Shown here: positions 1 through 9,455 of the stretch, one piece after another
Layout of the letters: each line of letters begins with the position of its first letter
Numbering within the stretch: the first letter of the stretch is position 1
Origin: a virus
Taxonomy: Duplodnaviria > Caudoviricetes
Strand: one strand, 5' to 3'
Virus record (IMG/VR): IMGVR_UViG_3300044451_000119
Span: 1-53,029 of that record
Length of the DNA stretch: 53,029 nucleotides
Notes under the pieces: model-generated
The model's database searches: none
What the model was told of the DNA's origin: nothing
The model's input: the letters and a program-made list of their open reading frames with translations, nothing else
Program-made: the position numbers and the translations under genes

Positions 1-295
1 CCTCATCTACCTCAGATTCTTCTTTGTTCATCTTTGGCATTGGGTCAGCAGGTTTTGCGCCCTTGTTTACGATGTCTTTGACGGTTTTGAGTGAAGGTTC
101 TCTCAATTTTGCAGAATCATCATCTGGTTTATAATTCTCAGGTGTTGGACCGCCGAGATCTTCGATGCTACCTAACTGAGAACCATCATTTTGCAGTTTT
201 GGCATGGAATCACCAGCTTTCGCGCCAGCATTTACTGATGTTTTTGATTGCTTGCCCACTGCTGTCTCCATCTCTTGTAAGTTACCACCAGACAT
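1..295 (-). CDS. gp22: Prohead core scaffolding protein, N-terminal part (runs off the window)
   Basis: Not in the ORF track. Read manually: MSGGNLQEMETAVGKQSKTSVNAGAKAGDSMPKL...EDLGGPTPENYKPDDDSAKL, the typical cyanophage gp22 N-terminus. Lies directly downstream of gp21, preceded by a GGAG SD and a TATAAATA promoter. Confidence 0.9.
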   Translation of the reverse strand, partial: MSGGNLQEMETAVGKQSKTSVNAGAKAGDSMPKLQNDGSQLGSIEDLGGPTPENYKPDDDSAKLREPSLKTVKDIVNKGAKPADPMPKMNKEESEVDE

Positions 296-331
296 TTGAA
301 ACTCTCCGATTTACCTGTTTATAACTATATT

Positions 332-339
332 TATTTATA
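332..339 (-). promoter_or_regulatory. T4-type late promoter TATAAATA for gp22
   Basis: Exact T4 gp55 consensus (plus strand tatttata) about 37 nt upstream of the gp22 ATG. Confidence 0.85.
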
Positions 340-341
340 AA

Positions 342-992
342 TTAAAGATTTGCGAGAAAATCGTTGAAAAGATCCAACTTTTTCTCATCTAATTGTTTTT
401 GTGCAACCAAGGTATTTATTGTGTTTTTCATTGATACCATTCTCTTTTCGCGGAGAATGCCACCATCCCAAACCCATTCTTTACCTTCCATAATGCCTTC
501 AATAAAAGCATCTGGGGCAGATGGATCTGCAACAATATCTGCTGCTGTTGCTAACATAAAGTCATCAGAAACAATATTAACTCCCTCTCTATTGACAGAA
601 AGAGAACCAATTCCTCGGGAAGAAACACCAAGTTTTACTCCTTCCGAAAGAAGTGACTCTGCAATTTTTCCCATTGGAGTTAATAAAATTTTTGCCTTAC
701 CAATATAATTACTTCCACTTTCTCTAAGGGAAACAATTTTATGAGAAACTCTATCTAGATTAACAGTTGGTCCATCTGGATGACCAAGTTCACCAAGAGC
801 TCTTCCTTTTTCGATATAAGTTTCGTTGTATCTACCAACTTCACGGCGGAGCGTTTCCATTGGATACATACGTCCATTACGGTTTTTAATATCACCCTGA
901 AGGAATACACCTTCTATGTAAAGTGATTTTTTACCGTTACGGGATTCTACGATAACTTCTACGTTTTCGATTTCTTCTCTGATGAGTTTCAT
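342..992 (-). CDS. gp21: Prohead core protein protease
   Basis: Motifs LYIEGVFLQ, NRNGRMYP, ALGELGHP, GVSSRG(I)GS, DIVADPSAPDAF; position between gp20 and gp22. Confidence 0.97.
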   Translation of the reverse strand: MKLIREEIENVEVIVESRNGKKSLYIEGVFLQGDIKNRNGRMYPMETLRREVGRYNETYIEKGRALGELGHPDGPTVNLDRVSHKIVSLRESGSNYIGKAKILLTPMGKIAESLLSEGVKLGVSSRGIGSLSVNREGVNIVSDDFMLATAADIVADPSAPDAFIEGIMEGKEWVWDGGILREKRMVSMKNTINTLVAQKQLDEKKLDLFNDFLANL

Positions 993-993
993 T

Positions 994-1545
994 TTAGGCT
1001 TGTCCTGAAATTTGAACTTGGTGAATGTAAAGAACTCCTGTTCCAGAAGCAGTTCTTGCTGCTACTTTAATGGACTTTCTTGCAACGCAATCTTTATCAG
1101 TAAACGCCGCAGTAACAGCACTTGAATCGTGATCAACAGTAATTCTTGTTGAATAAAACCCACCAACATTAGAAGTAGTATTCACCGAAATTACACCTTT
1201 ATGTGTAAAATTAAAATCACTCTGAGTTCCACCAGTTAAAGATAAGTAATCTCCAACATCAAATGGTGATCCAGTTCCCTCAGGAAAATGTAAAATAGTT
1301 GTTGCACCAGTAGTAATACCAACAACTCTTTGAGAAGCTGGTGACAGTGCCAGAGTTTCAGAAGATCCTGCTGGAATAAAAAAGTCAATAACATCTGCTG
1401 TTGGTTCAGTTCCAATTGCAACGTTTGCACCAGAAGTTACAGCAGTTAATCTGAGAGTATCAGATTGAACGGAAATTGCGGTAGACTTTGCGCTTGTTAC
1501 TGTTATTGCAAATGATGTGCCAATACCTACTGGTTTAAGTGTCAT
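994..1545 (-). CDS. Conserved cyanophage virion/structural protein of unknown function
   Basis: 183-aa Thr/Ser/Gly-rich ORF with its own late-promoter motif at 1569-1575; usual position upstream of gp21. Confidence 0.75.
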   Translation of the reverse strand: MTLKPVGIGTSFAITVTSAKSTAISVQSDTLRLTAVTSGANVAIGTEPTADVIDFFIPAGSSETLALSPASQRVVGITTGATTILHFPEGTGSPFDVGDYLSLTGGTQSDFNFTHKGVISVNTTSNVGGFYSTRITVDHDSSAVTAAFTDKDCVARKSIKVAARTASGTGVLYIHQVQISGQA

Positions 1546-1571
1546 TATTCTTTGTACTCAACTATATCTAT

Positions 1572-1736
1572 TTATCCTTCTGTGTCTTCTGCATCAAACT
1601 CAAACATTTTAGTGGCAACCTCTGGTTTGAGTGCTTCGATTTTATCTGCGCTCTTTGCAAATAAAACGTCCTTAATGTAGTCACTAATTTGTGATGGACT
1701 TTCGTCCGCAATAATTAAATTCATTAAATCATCCAT
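1572..1736 (-). CDS. Small acidic prohead core protein (gp67-like by position)
   Basis: Not in the track. MDDLMNLIIADESPSQISDYIKDVLFAKSADKIEALKPEVATKMFEFDAEDTEG (54 aa), immediately after the portal gene, preceded by TATAAATA at 1761-1768. Confidence 0.8.
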   Translation of the reverse strand: MDDLMNLIIADESPSQISDYIKDVLFAKSADKIEALKPEVATKMFEFDAEDTEG

Positions 1737-1760
1737 TGTGTTGCTCTAAGTTTTCGTTTT

Positions 1761-1768
1761 TATTTATA
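1761..1768 (-). promoter_or_regulatory. T4-type late promoter TATAAATA overlapping the gp20 stop codon
   Basis: Exact consensus match. Confidence 0.75.
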
Positions 1769-3437
1769 TCTCGCCACCTTTCGGCATTTCAACTTGCTTT
1801 CCGCTGGCTTCTGTTGCAGAACCATCCATTTCTGGTTCCACCACAGGTGCTCCAAGATCTCCAAGTGGAGCACCTGTTGCAGGATCAACTGGTGCATTAG
1901 GATCTGGAAGAATACCATCTTTGATTTCTTTCTTAATTAATTGATCCTGCTCAATAATTTGTTGATCAGTTTGTCTGAGAATTTGACGGCGAACATAATC
2001 TTTGGAATAATATTTGCCGACATATGGTTCAGCAGTTGCGACAAGATTAAGTCTCTCAGTCATCAACTCTGCTTCTTTTAGTTCAGCAAAATGATTATCA
2101 TATAAGAAGTCATATTGTACATGTTCTTGCATCAAATCCCAATCTTCGGGAGTTACAATATTTTTTAAGATTAGTTGAGTTTTCAGCATGTCATTAAACA
2201 TTGTAGAAAACCTTTTTCTTAGTCTTCCAACAAACTTACTAAACTTGACTTCATCTCTTAAAATTTCTGATGATCGACCAAGATTAAATCCACCTTCTCC
2301 ACCAATTCTAGATGTGGGAACATTCAATGATCTATAAAGTTTTTCTTGAAAATACTTAATATCGGTAATTTCTCCAAGATTTTGACCACCAGGAAGAGTT
2401 GAAATTTCTGTTCCTCTACCACCTTCACGACGAGGAAGCCAAAAGTCTTCCATCATACTCATGAACTTTTTGTCGTCACGCATTTCTCCTGTATTCGCAT
2501 CATAAACAAGTTTATTGCGATAACGCATCATAACATCACGAAGATATTGTTCTGCTTTAATTTTAGGAAGATTGCCAACGTCAATATAGAAAATACGACG
2601 TTCTGGTGCTCTTGATAATCTATAAATGACCAAAGAATCTTCAATCATTCTAAGTTGATTGAGTGCTTTAATGGCTTTATGTAAGTAAGAAAGAACCAAA
2701 CCTTTATTTCTATCTACAAGTCCAGACGTGCAATATGTAATTGAATCTTTTGTAATAGTAATATTTTTTTGTGGTCCATTGTAAAGAGTATTGCTAACAG
2801 AAGCAATTGAATCTGGTGTATAAATGAAAAATTCATCAATATCAGGAAACTCATATTTTAAAGGAGAATCTGGATGACTTGCCATCAAAATAGGAGTATT
2901 TGATTGAACAGTAGCATTCTTCTTTAATTTTCTTACATAACGCATTTTCATTGCGTCAATGTATCTGAATTCTTTAATTCCTTCCTGAGGGTTTTTTAAA
3001 TCAATAACTTTATGATAAAAAAGTTTACCATCGACATACCAGTTTCGATAGATTTCATGCGCCTTTCTATCAAAATCTAAAAGTTCTAGAATATATTTAA
3101 ATTCTTCTCTGATTTTTCTTTTTATGCCATCACTAGCGTTCAAATTTGATAATTCTATTTGAACAGGACTATCATTTGTATCTGATACGATTGCTTCATT
3201 TACGATATCTTCAATAGCACTATCGACTTCTGGATGGAGCGCCATTTCGCGGTATCTTCTTAGAAGATCATTCTCATTTTTATAAACTCCTTCAAGATCT
3301 AAGTAAGAACCATAAAATCCAGCTCCCGATGTCGCATAATAGTCAACCCCGTCCGCATCATTTTGCGGAACGGGGGACTGTATATTTTTGGATGACTTGT
3401 TATCATCCTCAATTGAAAAGCCAAATAATCTAGCCAT
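1764..3437 (-). CDS. gp20: Portal vertex protein
   Basis: Motifs YRLSRAPERRIFYIDVGNLPK and MMEDFWLPRREGGRGTEISTLPGGQNLG; cyanophage-type sequence. Confidence 0.98.
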   Translation of the reverse strand: MARLFGFSIEDDNKSSKNIQSPVPQNDADGVDYYATSGAGFYGSYLDLEGVYKNENDLLRRYREMALHPEVDSAIEDIVNEAIVSDTNDSPVQIELSNLNASDGIKRKIREEFKYILELLDFDRKAHEIYRNWYVDGKLFYHKVIDLKNPQEGIKEFRYIDAMKMRYVRKLKKNATVQSNTPILMASHPDSPLKYEFPDIDEFFIYTPDSIASVSNTLYNGPQKNITITKDSITYCTSGLVDRNKGLVLSYLHKAIKALNQLRMIEDSLVIYRLSRAPERRIFYIDVGNLPKIKAEQYLRDVMMRYRNKLVYDANTGEMRDDKKFMSMMEDFWLPRREGGRGTEISTLPGGQNLGEITDIKYFQEKLYRSLNVPTSRIGGEGGFNLGRSSEILRDEVKFSKFVGRLRKRFSTMFNDMLKTQLILKNIVTPEDWDLMQEHVQYDFLYDNHFAELKEAELMTERLNLVATAEPYVGKYYSKDYVRRQILRQTDQQIIEQDQLIKKEIKDGILPDPNAPVDPATGAPLGDLGAPVVEPEMDGSATEASGKQVEMPKGGEI

Positions 3438-3483
3438 TTATAGAACCGAACAGTATTCTTACTGCTCTATTTATCCAATTAGA

Positions 3484-4137
3484 TCAGGCGACCACATCAT
3501 TAGCAAGATCAGTTGGTGTTCCTGCTGTCCAGTACTGAACTTGGAACTCAACTGTGAACTCTTCGATTGTATCACCAGTATCGTAGGAAAGATCAATCTG
3601 TGATACGTTGGTTGGGAAGATATCGTAGAAGCGATATGATCTCAGTTTTGGAGAAGCAACGTTTCCACCAGCGCCAGCAGCATCCGAACTATCAGTGGTG
3701 GTTGAGAATCTTCCAGCGTTGTAACCACGACCCAATTGATAAACATATGCATCAGTCATGTATGAAGATGGATTTGTTGCACCAGAAGCGTTGTCAAGTT
3801 TGCTGATTGCATTCATCCATGCTTCAAACTGAGTTCTGAGAAGGAAATCTTCATCATTGATAACTGTAACGGTCCAAGTATCAAAAGTACGATCTCCTGC
3901 AACTTTCAGAATACGACCTCTGAAAGGAACATCGATAGGAGCAATGTTTGATGCTGGGAGAGCAGCTGCTTTGCAAAGAAATTTAAATGTTTCTTGTTCA
4001 TTCGATCCCCAGGTTGCACCATTTTCAGAACGGACGGCCGCGGTGGGGAAAGTAGGGATGTCAACTTCGAATAAATTAGGACGAGCGCCACCCCCTTGAA
4101 GTTTTGATTTGAAGTTTGAGATTGTTCTGAGAGCCAT
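3484..4137 (-). CDS. gp19: Tail tube protein
   Basis: Motifs GGGARPNLFEV, VPFRGRILKVAGDRTFDTWTVTVIND, IEEFTVEFQVQYW. Confidence 0.97.
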   Translation of the reverse strand: MALRTISNFKSKLQGGGARPNLFEVDIPTFPTAAVRSENGATWGSNEQETFKFLCKAAALPASNIAPIDVPFRGRILKVAGDRTFDTWTVTVINDEDFLLRTQFEAWMNAISKLDNASGATNPSSYMTDAYVYQLGRGYNAGRFSTTTDSSDAAGAGGNVASPKLRSYRFYDIFPTNVSQIDLSYDTGDTIEEFTVEFQVQYWTAGTPTDLANDVVA

Positions 4138-4177
4138 TTTTAGGTTCCTCCGTAGTTGGTTTTATTTGTTAATTGTC

Positions 4178-6400
4178 TCAGACGCGACCAGCGACTTCAT
4201 TGAAGCTGACGCCAGTTCTTGTTGCTATGAAAGTCAATTCAACGAAGTTGATAGACTTGGTTGGCTTCAAGAAAATGTCTGCACGGAACTCATTATTGTC
4301 AATGATGTCGGGGGTGTTATTCGTCTCATCACAAATAACCAGGAAATCAAAAAGACCTCTCTTCGATTGAATATCTCTGAGGAATGGTTCGACAATGTTG
4401 ACGAAGTTTGCTCTTGTGATTTCATCGTTGAATTCAAAGAGTTGAGCATCTGCTGCTCTTTGAAGTGCTTCCTCAACATAGAGGAACAGGCGACGAACGT
4501 TAATTCTATCAAATGCTGATGCATAACCTAGACCAGTCTTATCACCAAAAAGTAGAACTCCAATACCTGGTTTGTTCAGAACTGGGTTAATTCTTCTTGG
4601 ATACAGAAGATCTCTTTGTGCCTTAGTTGGGTTGTATGCAAGTTTAACCGCATTCAACAGAACTCCTCTTTGTTGACCAGCAGGCGAGAACCATGGGAAT
4701 GAATCTCTTGTGGTTCTTGCCATCAATCCAGCGATGTCACCATTACATGGAATGTAACGGAACTCATCATTGAATCTGTCATACATGTACTTGTATCCAG
4801 AATCAAAGACTGCGTATGAAGAAGATGTAATTGCAGAGAAGAAGTCAATTACATTATCAGTTTGTGTATCTGTATCTGTAATATTAACAACAGATGTTCT
4901 ATATGGCGAGATAACTGCAATACAATCTTTTCTAGTATCAGCAACCGCAATTAGTTTATTTGCTTTTGCCTGGGATTCCTCTTTTGTTCCAAGTCCAGGA
5001 CCCATGATAAGGAAGTCAATATCAACTTCACTATCATCGAGGAACTTATCATAAGCAGTTGAAAGTTTTCCGAGAGTTGCAGTTAATGCTCCTGTCGAAG
5101 TTAGACTTTCTGTACCTGAGTAGTTCTTACCACCCACGAGTGAATAAGTAACTTTTCCTACTGAGGAGAATGTAATGCTTTGTGCGTTTTGACCCCAAGT
5201 TCCAGCAGCTACTGTATATGGAGTAAAGTTGGTGGAGAATCCTGTTGCAGCAGGGATAGTTCCGTGGAATGCGTCAACTGCACTTGAAGGGTTGTTTCCT
5301 GCAAAGACGTATGCAGAATTTTCTGCAAGATAGTTCTTGTAGTAAGTTCTTTGTGGAGAATTTACGCTAGAAATAGCATCTTTTGCTTTTGATAAGAAGA
5401 GGTGCTTTTCAAGAAGTGTTGCTTGGTTTCCTGTGATGGAACCATTATCGTCTACAACGACAACGTGAACCGCATCGTTCTTTCCGTTTCTATCTAATGA
5501 GTATGCGTTTGATACTGGTTTTGGCGCAATCGTTTTCCAGTAAACTGTTGCATTAGAAAGACCAAGAGTTTGTTGATCATACCAATCAACCGCAGTTTGA
5601 ACTGAAAGAACTCCAACTCCCTTTCCAGTTCCCCCATCAGTTCCAACACCTGATGAATTCATAAATGTAAGAGTTTTTCCAACAACATATGCGGAAGTTT
5701 CATTTCCTTCTGCATAAGTAATTTGAGTTTCTGTTCCTGCGGTAGAAACTCTACTTATAATCTTAATATCAATTGTGCTATTGCTATTGGTCGAATCAGT
5801 AGATACACCAGTAACAATTGCTTTTACATATCCGCTGAACACACTGGTTGAACCACCACCAGCCAATACAGTTGAAATTCCAACAGTAACACCAAAACCA
5901 ATTCTTGCACCAATTGCGCCCAAATTGGTTGTTGCAATACCAACTCTTTGATCTGCAAGATCGTCAATCTGACAAACTTTTAGACCATTTGCCCAAGAAC
6001 CTGGATCCTTAGCAGCATATACGAAGTTAGTGGCTTCTGAATAATTTTCAGAGTAATCATCGTAACTCTTGATTTTCAGAGTAGTTGTAGATGCGATACC
6101 AACGCCAGCATTTGCGTTTTTGAGATCGTCATCGTCTGTACGAACGACTCTCAGATTGCCACCATACGCAAGATATGATGATGCACTCATCCAATATTCG
6201 TAGTGTGAATCCGTGCTGTATGGTTCACCAAAAGTATTGAGAAGATCTGCTTCGTTTTCGATAAGAGTAGGAACCTCTATTGAACCTCTCTCAAAAGGAG
6301 CTGCAATACCACCAGTAGTAGGATTTACATTATCAGCTCTCCCTACTGTTAAATCAACCTCTCTAATTCTTACACCAGGAGACAATTGTGGAGTAGCCAT
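4178..6400 (-). CDS. gp18: Tail sheath protein
   Basis: Motifs SPGVRIREVDLT, PWFSPAGQQRG, SAFDRINVRRLF, IFLKPTKSINF. Confidence 0.97.
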   Translation of the reverse strand: MATPQLSPGVRIREVDLTVGRADNVNPTTGGIAAPFERGSIEVPTLIENEADLLNTFGEPYSTDSHYEYWMSASSYLAYGGNLRVVRTDDDDLKNANAGVGIASTTTLKIKSYDDYSENYSEATNFVYAAKDPGSWANGLKVCQIDDLADQRVGIATTNLGAIGARIGFGVTVGISTVLAGGGSTSVFSGYVKAIVTGVSTDSTNSNSTIDIKIISRVSTAGTETQITYAEGNETSAYVVGKTLTFMNSSGVGTDGGTGKGVGVLSVQTAVDWYDQQTLGLSNATVYWKTIAPKPVSNAYSLDRNGKNDAVHVVVVDDNGSITGNQATLLEKHLFLSKAKDAISSVNSPQRTYYKNYLAENSAYVFAGNNPSSAVDAFHGTIPAATGFSTNFTPYTVAAGTWGQNAQSITFSSVGKVTYSLVGGKNYSGTESLTSTGALTATLGKLSTAYDKFLDDSEVDIDFLIMGPGLGTKEESQAKANKLIAVADTRKDCIAVISPYRTSVVNITDTDTQTDNVIDFFSAITSSSYAVFDSGYKYMYDRFNDEFRYIPCNGDIAGLMARTTRDSFPWFSPAGQQRGVLLNAVKLAYNPTKAQRDLLYPRRINPVLNKPGIGVLLFGDKTGLGYASAFDRINVRRLFLYVEEALQRAADAQLFEFNDEITRANFVNIVEPFLRDIQSKRGLFDFLVICDETNNTPDIIDNNEFRADIFLKPTKSINFVELTFIATRTGVSFNEVAGRV

Positions 6401-6436
6401 TCGTTTTTTCTCCGAAACCTTAAAATTAACTAAAAC

Positions 6437-6444
6437 TATTTATT
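6437..6444 (-). promoter_or_regulatory. Late promoter (AATAAATA) for gp18-gp19
   Basis: ATAAATA core 37 nt upstream of the gp18 ATG, followed by a GGAG SD. Confidence 0.7.
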
Positions 6445-6481
6445 ATTTCCTTTTTTTCACAGGGGAAATCCTGGGTGAACA

Positions 6482-6739
6482 CTACCAATCTGGATATTCC
6501 CATTCAATGTTTAGTTTTTTCTTAGGTCTCTTTAATTTTTTTCTAGATTTTGTGACTCTTTCAACTGTACACAACTTACATTCATAAGAATAAGAAGAAG
6601 CAACTGCACCTCTGTCTTTATGAGTTCTATAAAATCCATCTGTTAAACTTTTAATTTCTCCACATATTCTACACTTTCGTTCATTAAGTAATAGATGCCC
6701 AAATTTAAATTGATCATCTAATTCTAATTCTAGTTCCAT
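6482..6739 (-). CDS. Small zinc-finger-like protein (CxxC...CxxC)
   Basis: RKCRICGEIK...FY...SYSYECKLC; abuts the gp17 stop codon. Confidence 0.8.
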   Translation of the reverse strand: MELELELDDQFKFGHLLLNERKCRICGEIKSLTDGFYRTHKDRGAVASSYSYECKLCTVERVTKSRKKLKRPKKKLNIEWEYPDW

Positions 6740-8389
6740 TTACATGTACTCCCACATATAAGAACGGTCACCATACTCATCACTATACCATCTATCACCA
6801 TCCGCATCAACAAATGTTGTATTACTATCTAGACCGTCAGAAATAAATCCAAATGGTGCCATGTCTTGTTCAATTTGATTTTTCTGCTCATCATAAAGTC
6901 TTTTTCTCACATCCTGATCAGTAAGTTCTTTAAAATAATCCTGAGCAACTAACCAAGAATAGATTACCAGACACATTGCTAAGTCGTCATTACATCCTTC
7001 TTCTGCTTCAAATGAATTATTCTTTTGAATAAATGTTGTAAGTTCAGAAATAATATCATAGTCATTGATAAAAAGTTTGTCCTCTTCAATCATTGTTTTG
7101 AGATTAAGAGAACCGATCTTTTTAACTGTCTTTGACATTTTCACACCAAGTTGAGTTTTCTTTCCTGAAAATCCTTGTCCGACTATTTGACCCGCTCTTC
7201 CTCTCATAGAACACATGAGAAGATTTTGATATTCCAAATCATATTGAAGAATCGATGCAACCTGATCACCAACATCGTTTACCTCACATAAAATAAAAGC
7301 GTTGTTATAACTTTTTGCTATCTCATAAATTACCGATGGAAAAAGCATCGGTTTAATTTCATTATCTCTATATTTCGCTACTACCTTATGAGGAAATGTT
7401 GTAATGTCAATAACTACAAAAGCAGAATAATCATTACCAACTCCTCTTGCAACGTCAACCGTTACAATGTAATCATTCTCTTTTACCGGTTCATGATATA
7501 CATCCAACCCAGCATTTTTCTTGATGGGGTTTTCATATACAAGAGATCGTAGCTTACTTGGAGCAATAAGAGTATCGACAGATCCAAGGAATTCGCACTC
7601 AAACTCAACTTTAAATTGAGATTCGGAAGTGTTTGCAATTGTTTGTCTTTTCCACTCAGAGTCTCTTCCAGGAACTTCTGTCCAATGAACTTCTGTTGGA
7701 ATATATTCATTATCACCCCGTTCTGCGTCATGCCACATGCGGTAGAAATGATTCATACCGTGTGGTGTTGAAACGACTATGACTTTTGTGCTTTTACCAG
7801 AAGAAATAGTAGGATAAACAGATGCAAAGAATTGGTCTGCAATATGGTTTGGAATAAACGCGAATTCGTCGAGGAAGATGACATTGTACGAACCGCCTCG
7901 GACAGTACTTGCAGATGTAGAAGCTGCCAATATCTTACTGCCATTTTCAAGCTCTAAACTACCTTTGTTCCAGGATATGATACCTTGCTGCAACCATTTT
8001 GGTAGGTTTTCATAAGCAAGTTGTAATCTTTGAAGGAGATCTCTTGCTGTTGATGCTTTGTTTGCAAGAATTGCAATATTTACATTATCATTGAAAACCG
8101 CATAATGAAGTAAGTATGAAACAACAGTGGTAGATTTACCAGTCTGTCTTGGCATCTTACAAATATTAAATCGATGATTATGGAAGTTTCGGATTAGATT
8201 CTCTTGGAATGGATACATTCCAAAAGGAATCAAACCTTCATCGAGAGAAACGATCTTTACATAATTTTTTGCAAAATAAACTGGATCATCATTGCACTTA
8301 ATAAATTCCTCAATCTGACTACCAGTGAACTCAATTGGAGTGTTAGCCTTTTTGAGGTTTGGATTACCAAGATATACACCTTCAACCAT
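6740..8389 (-). CDS. gp17: Terminase large subunit
   Basis: YLGNPNLK N-terminus, Walker A MPRQTGKST, Walker B IFLDEFAF, VVSTPHG, nuclease motifs VDVARG and DDLAM; no intein or intron visible. Confidence 0.98.
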   Translation of the reverse strand: MVEGVYLGNPNLKKANTPIEFTGSQIEEFIKCNDDPVYFAKNYVKIVSLDEGLIPFGMYPFQENLIRNFHNHRFNICKMPRQTGKSTTVVSYLLHYAVFNDNVNIAILANKASTARDLLQRLQLAYENLPKWLQQGIISWNKGSLELENGSKILAASTSASTVRGGSYNVIFLDEFAFIPNHIADQFFASVYPTISSGKSTKVIVVSTPHGMNHFYRMWHDAERGDNEYIPTEVHWTEVPGRDSEWKRQTIANTSESQFKVEFECEFLGSVDTLIAPSKLRSLVYENPIKKNAGLDVYHEPVKENDYIVTVDVARGVGNDYSAFVVIDITTFPHKVVAKYRDNEIKPMLFPSVIYEIAKSYNNAFILCEVNDVGDQVASILQYDLEYQNLLMCSMRGRAGQIVGQGFSGKKTQLGVKMSKTVKKIGSLNLKTMIEEDKLFINDYDIISELTTFIQKNNSFEAEEGCNDDLAMCLVIYSWLVAQDYFKELTDQDVRKRLYDEQKNQIEQDMAPFGFISDGLDSNTTFVDADGDRWYSDEYGDRSYMWEYM

Positions 8390-8399
8390 TTAACTACTC

Positions 8400-8561
8400 C
8401 TATATTTTCACAGAATCATCTTTATTTTTATTTGTCTTGTTTGTTTTACTTTTTATTTTAAAAGCCGTATCGCCAAGAAATGATCCAACAGCAAGAATGA
8501 GAACCTTAGAATATGCATCTCTGCTTGTGCTTTCTAATTCTACTTGACCCTCTGGAAGCAT
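8400..8561 (-). CDS. Small hypothetical protein with a short hydrophobic segment and basic tail (53 aa)
   Basis: Not in the track. MLPEGQVELESTSRDAYSKVLILAVGSFLGDTAFKIKSKTNK...; fills the gap between the nuclease gene and gp17. Confidence 0.55.
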   Translation of the reverse strand: MLPEGQVELESTSRDAYSKVLILAVGSFLGDTAFKIKSKTNKTNKNKDDSVKI

Positions 8562-8567
8562 CACTAT

Positions 8568-8999
8568 TTATTCCACCAGAGTTCCTCTTTGTCGTCTAAT
8601 AGTGTTTAACATCTCAAAGTCTTTTACTTTTTTGTCTCCCTTATACGACCAGGCATAACCGGAAACTATCATCTGCTCATTCAGTGATGTTGGTTTATTA
8701 TTGATAAACAAATGTCCCAGAATTCTACCATACTTCTCTGTGCTGTCTGGAAGTTCGGTCTTAATGAGAATATCTTTCGCACCCTCAACTTTCTTCTTCA
8801 ACCACTCTTTTGATTCAAGTCCAAGTTTCTTTTCGTATGCGTCCGTAGTGCGTGATTCAGGCGTATCAACACCAGCAAGACGAATTCGCTTAGTAAGGGA
8901 AATATCAAAACCCAAATCAATATCCGCATCTATCGTATCACCATCGACTACCTTATGAATCTCACGGATTCTGTAAATGTACGGGTCTCTGTCTGCCAT
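8568..8999 (-). CDS. Staphylococcal nuclease (thermonuclease, SNase-like) homologue
   Basis: Motifs KVVDGDTID, RIRLAGVDTPE, KYGRILG, LNEQMIVSGYA match the SNase fold catalytic pattern. Confidence 0.9.
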   Translation of the reverse strand: MADRDPYIYRIREIHKVVDGDTIDADIDLGFDISLTKRIRLAGVDTPESRTTDAYEKKLGLESKEWLKKKVEGAKDILIKTELPDSTEKYGRILGHLFINNKPTSLNEQMIVSGYAWSYKGDKKVKDFEMLNTIRRQRGTLVE

Positions 9000-9027
9000 T
9001 AGAATAACTTAATACTCCCAGTATTTA

Positions 9028-9165
9028 TCAATCAAGAATAGAGTTTCTCCACTCTTCACTCATATTCACCATAATTGATTCTGCTGCTTCTGGTGTTTCT
9101 GCATATCCTTCATCAAGAAGGTGTGAGAGGATGATGTCGTATAAATCTACTTGTTCTTTTAATGC
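9028..9165 (-). pseudogene. In-frame duplicated C-terminal module behind the stop of the 194-aa gene (pseudogenised tail or readthrough extension)
   Basis: After ...GAT GAG TAA the same frame reads ALKEQVDLYDIILSHLLDEGYAETPEAAESIMVNMSEEWRNSILD*, nearly identical to a module inside the upstream ORF; it has no start codon before the module. Confidence 0.75.
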
Positions 9166-9455
9166 TTACTCATCCCAGTCCTTAGGGGTGGTTCTAACCT
9201 TGGTGCCTCCCTGCCCCTGATCTGCATATCCTGAACCATATTTCCAAGTGGAAGATGGTTTAACAAAAGGAGGTTTTTTCTTTCTGAATGGTTTTTTTGG
9301 TGGTAATGGTTCCTGGTTTACTTCTGTAATAATATTCTCTCTCCATTCTTCACTCATATTCACCATAATTGCTTCTGCTGCTTCTGGTGTCTCAGCATAT
9401 CCTTCATCAAGTAAGTGTGAAAGGATAATGTCGTATAAATCTACTTGTTCTTTTT
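9047..9455. repeat. Imperfect direct repeat of about 114 bp (about 9047-9160 and 9341-9454)
   Basis: Both copies encode KEQVDLYDIILSHLLDEGYAETPEAAE(A/S)IMVNMSEEWR; differences are mostly synonymous. Confidence 0.9.

Noticed and set aside
6740-8389. Intein or intron in the terminase, portal or other core genes
   Set aside because: Lengths are ordinary, motifs are contiguous and no splicing signatures are seen.
9166-9168. Genome-wide stop-codon reassignment
   Set aside because: TAA, TGA and TAG all terminate other genes normally and the very long ORFs are intact under the standard code.
9047-9455. Repeat pair as a diversity-generating retroelement template/variable region
   Set aside because: Mismatches are mostly synonymous and not adenine-specific, and no reverse transcriptase is present in the window.
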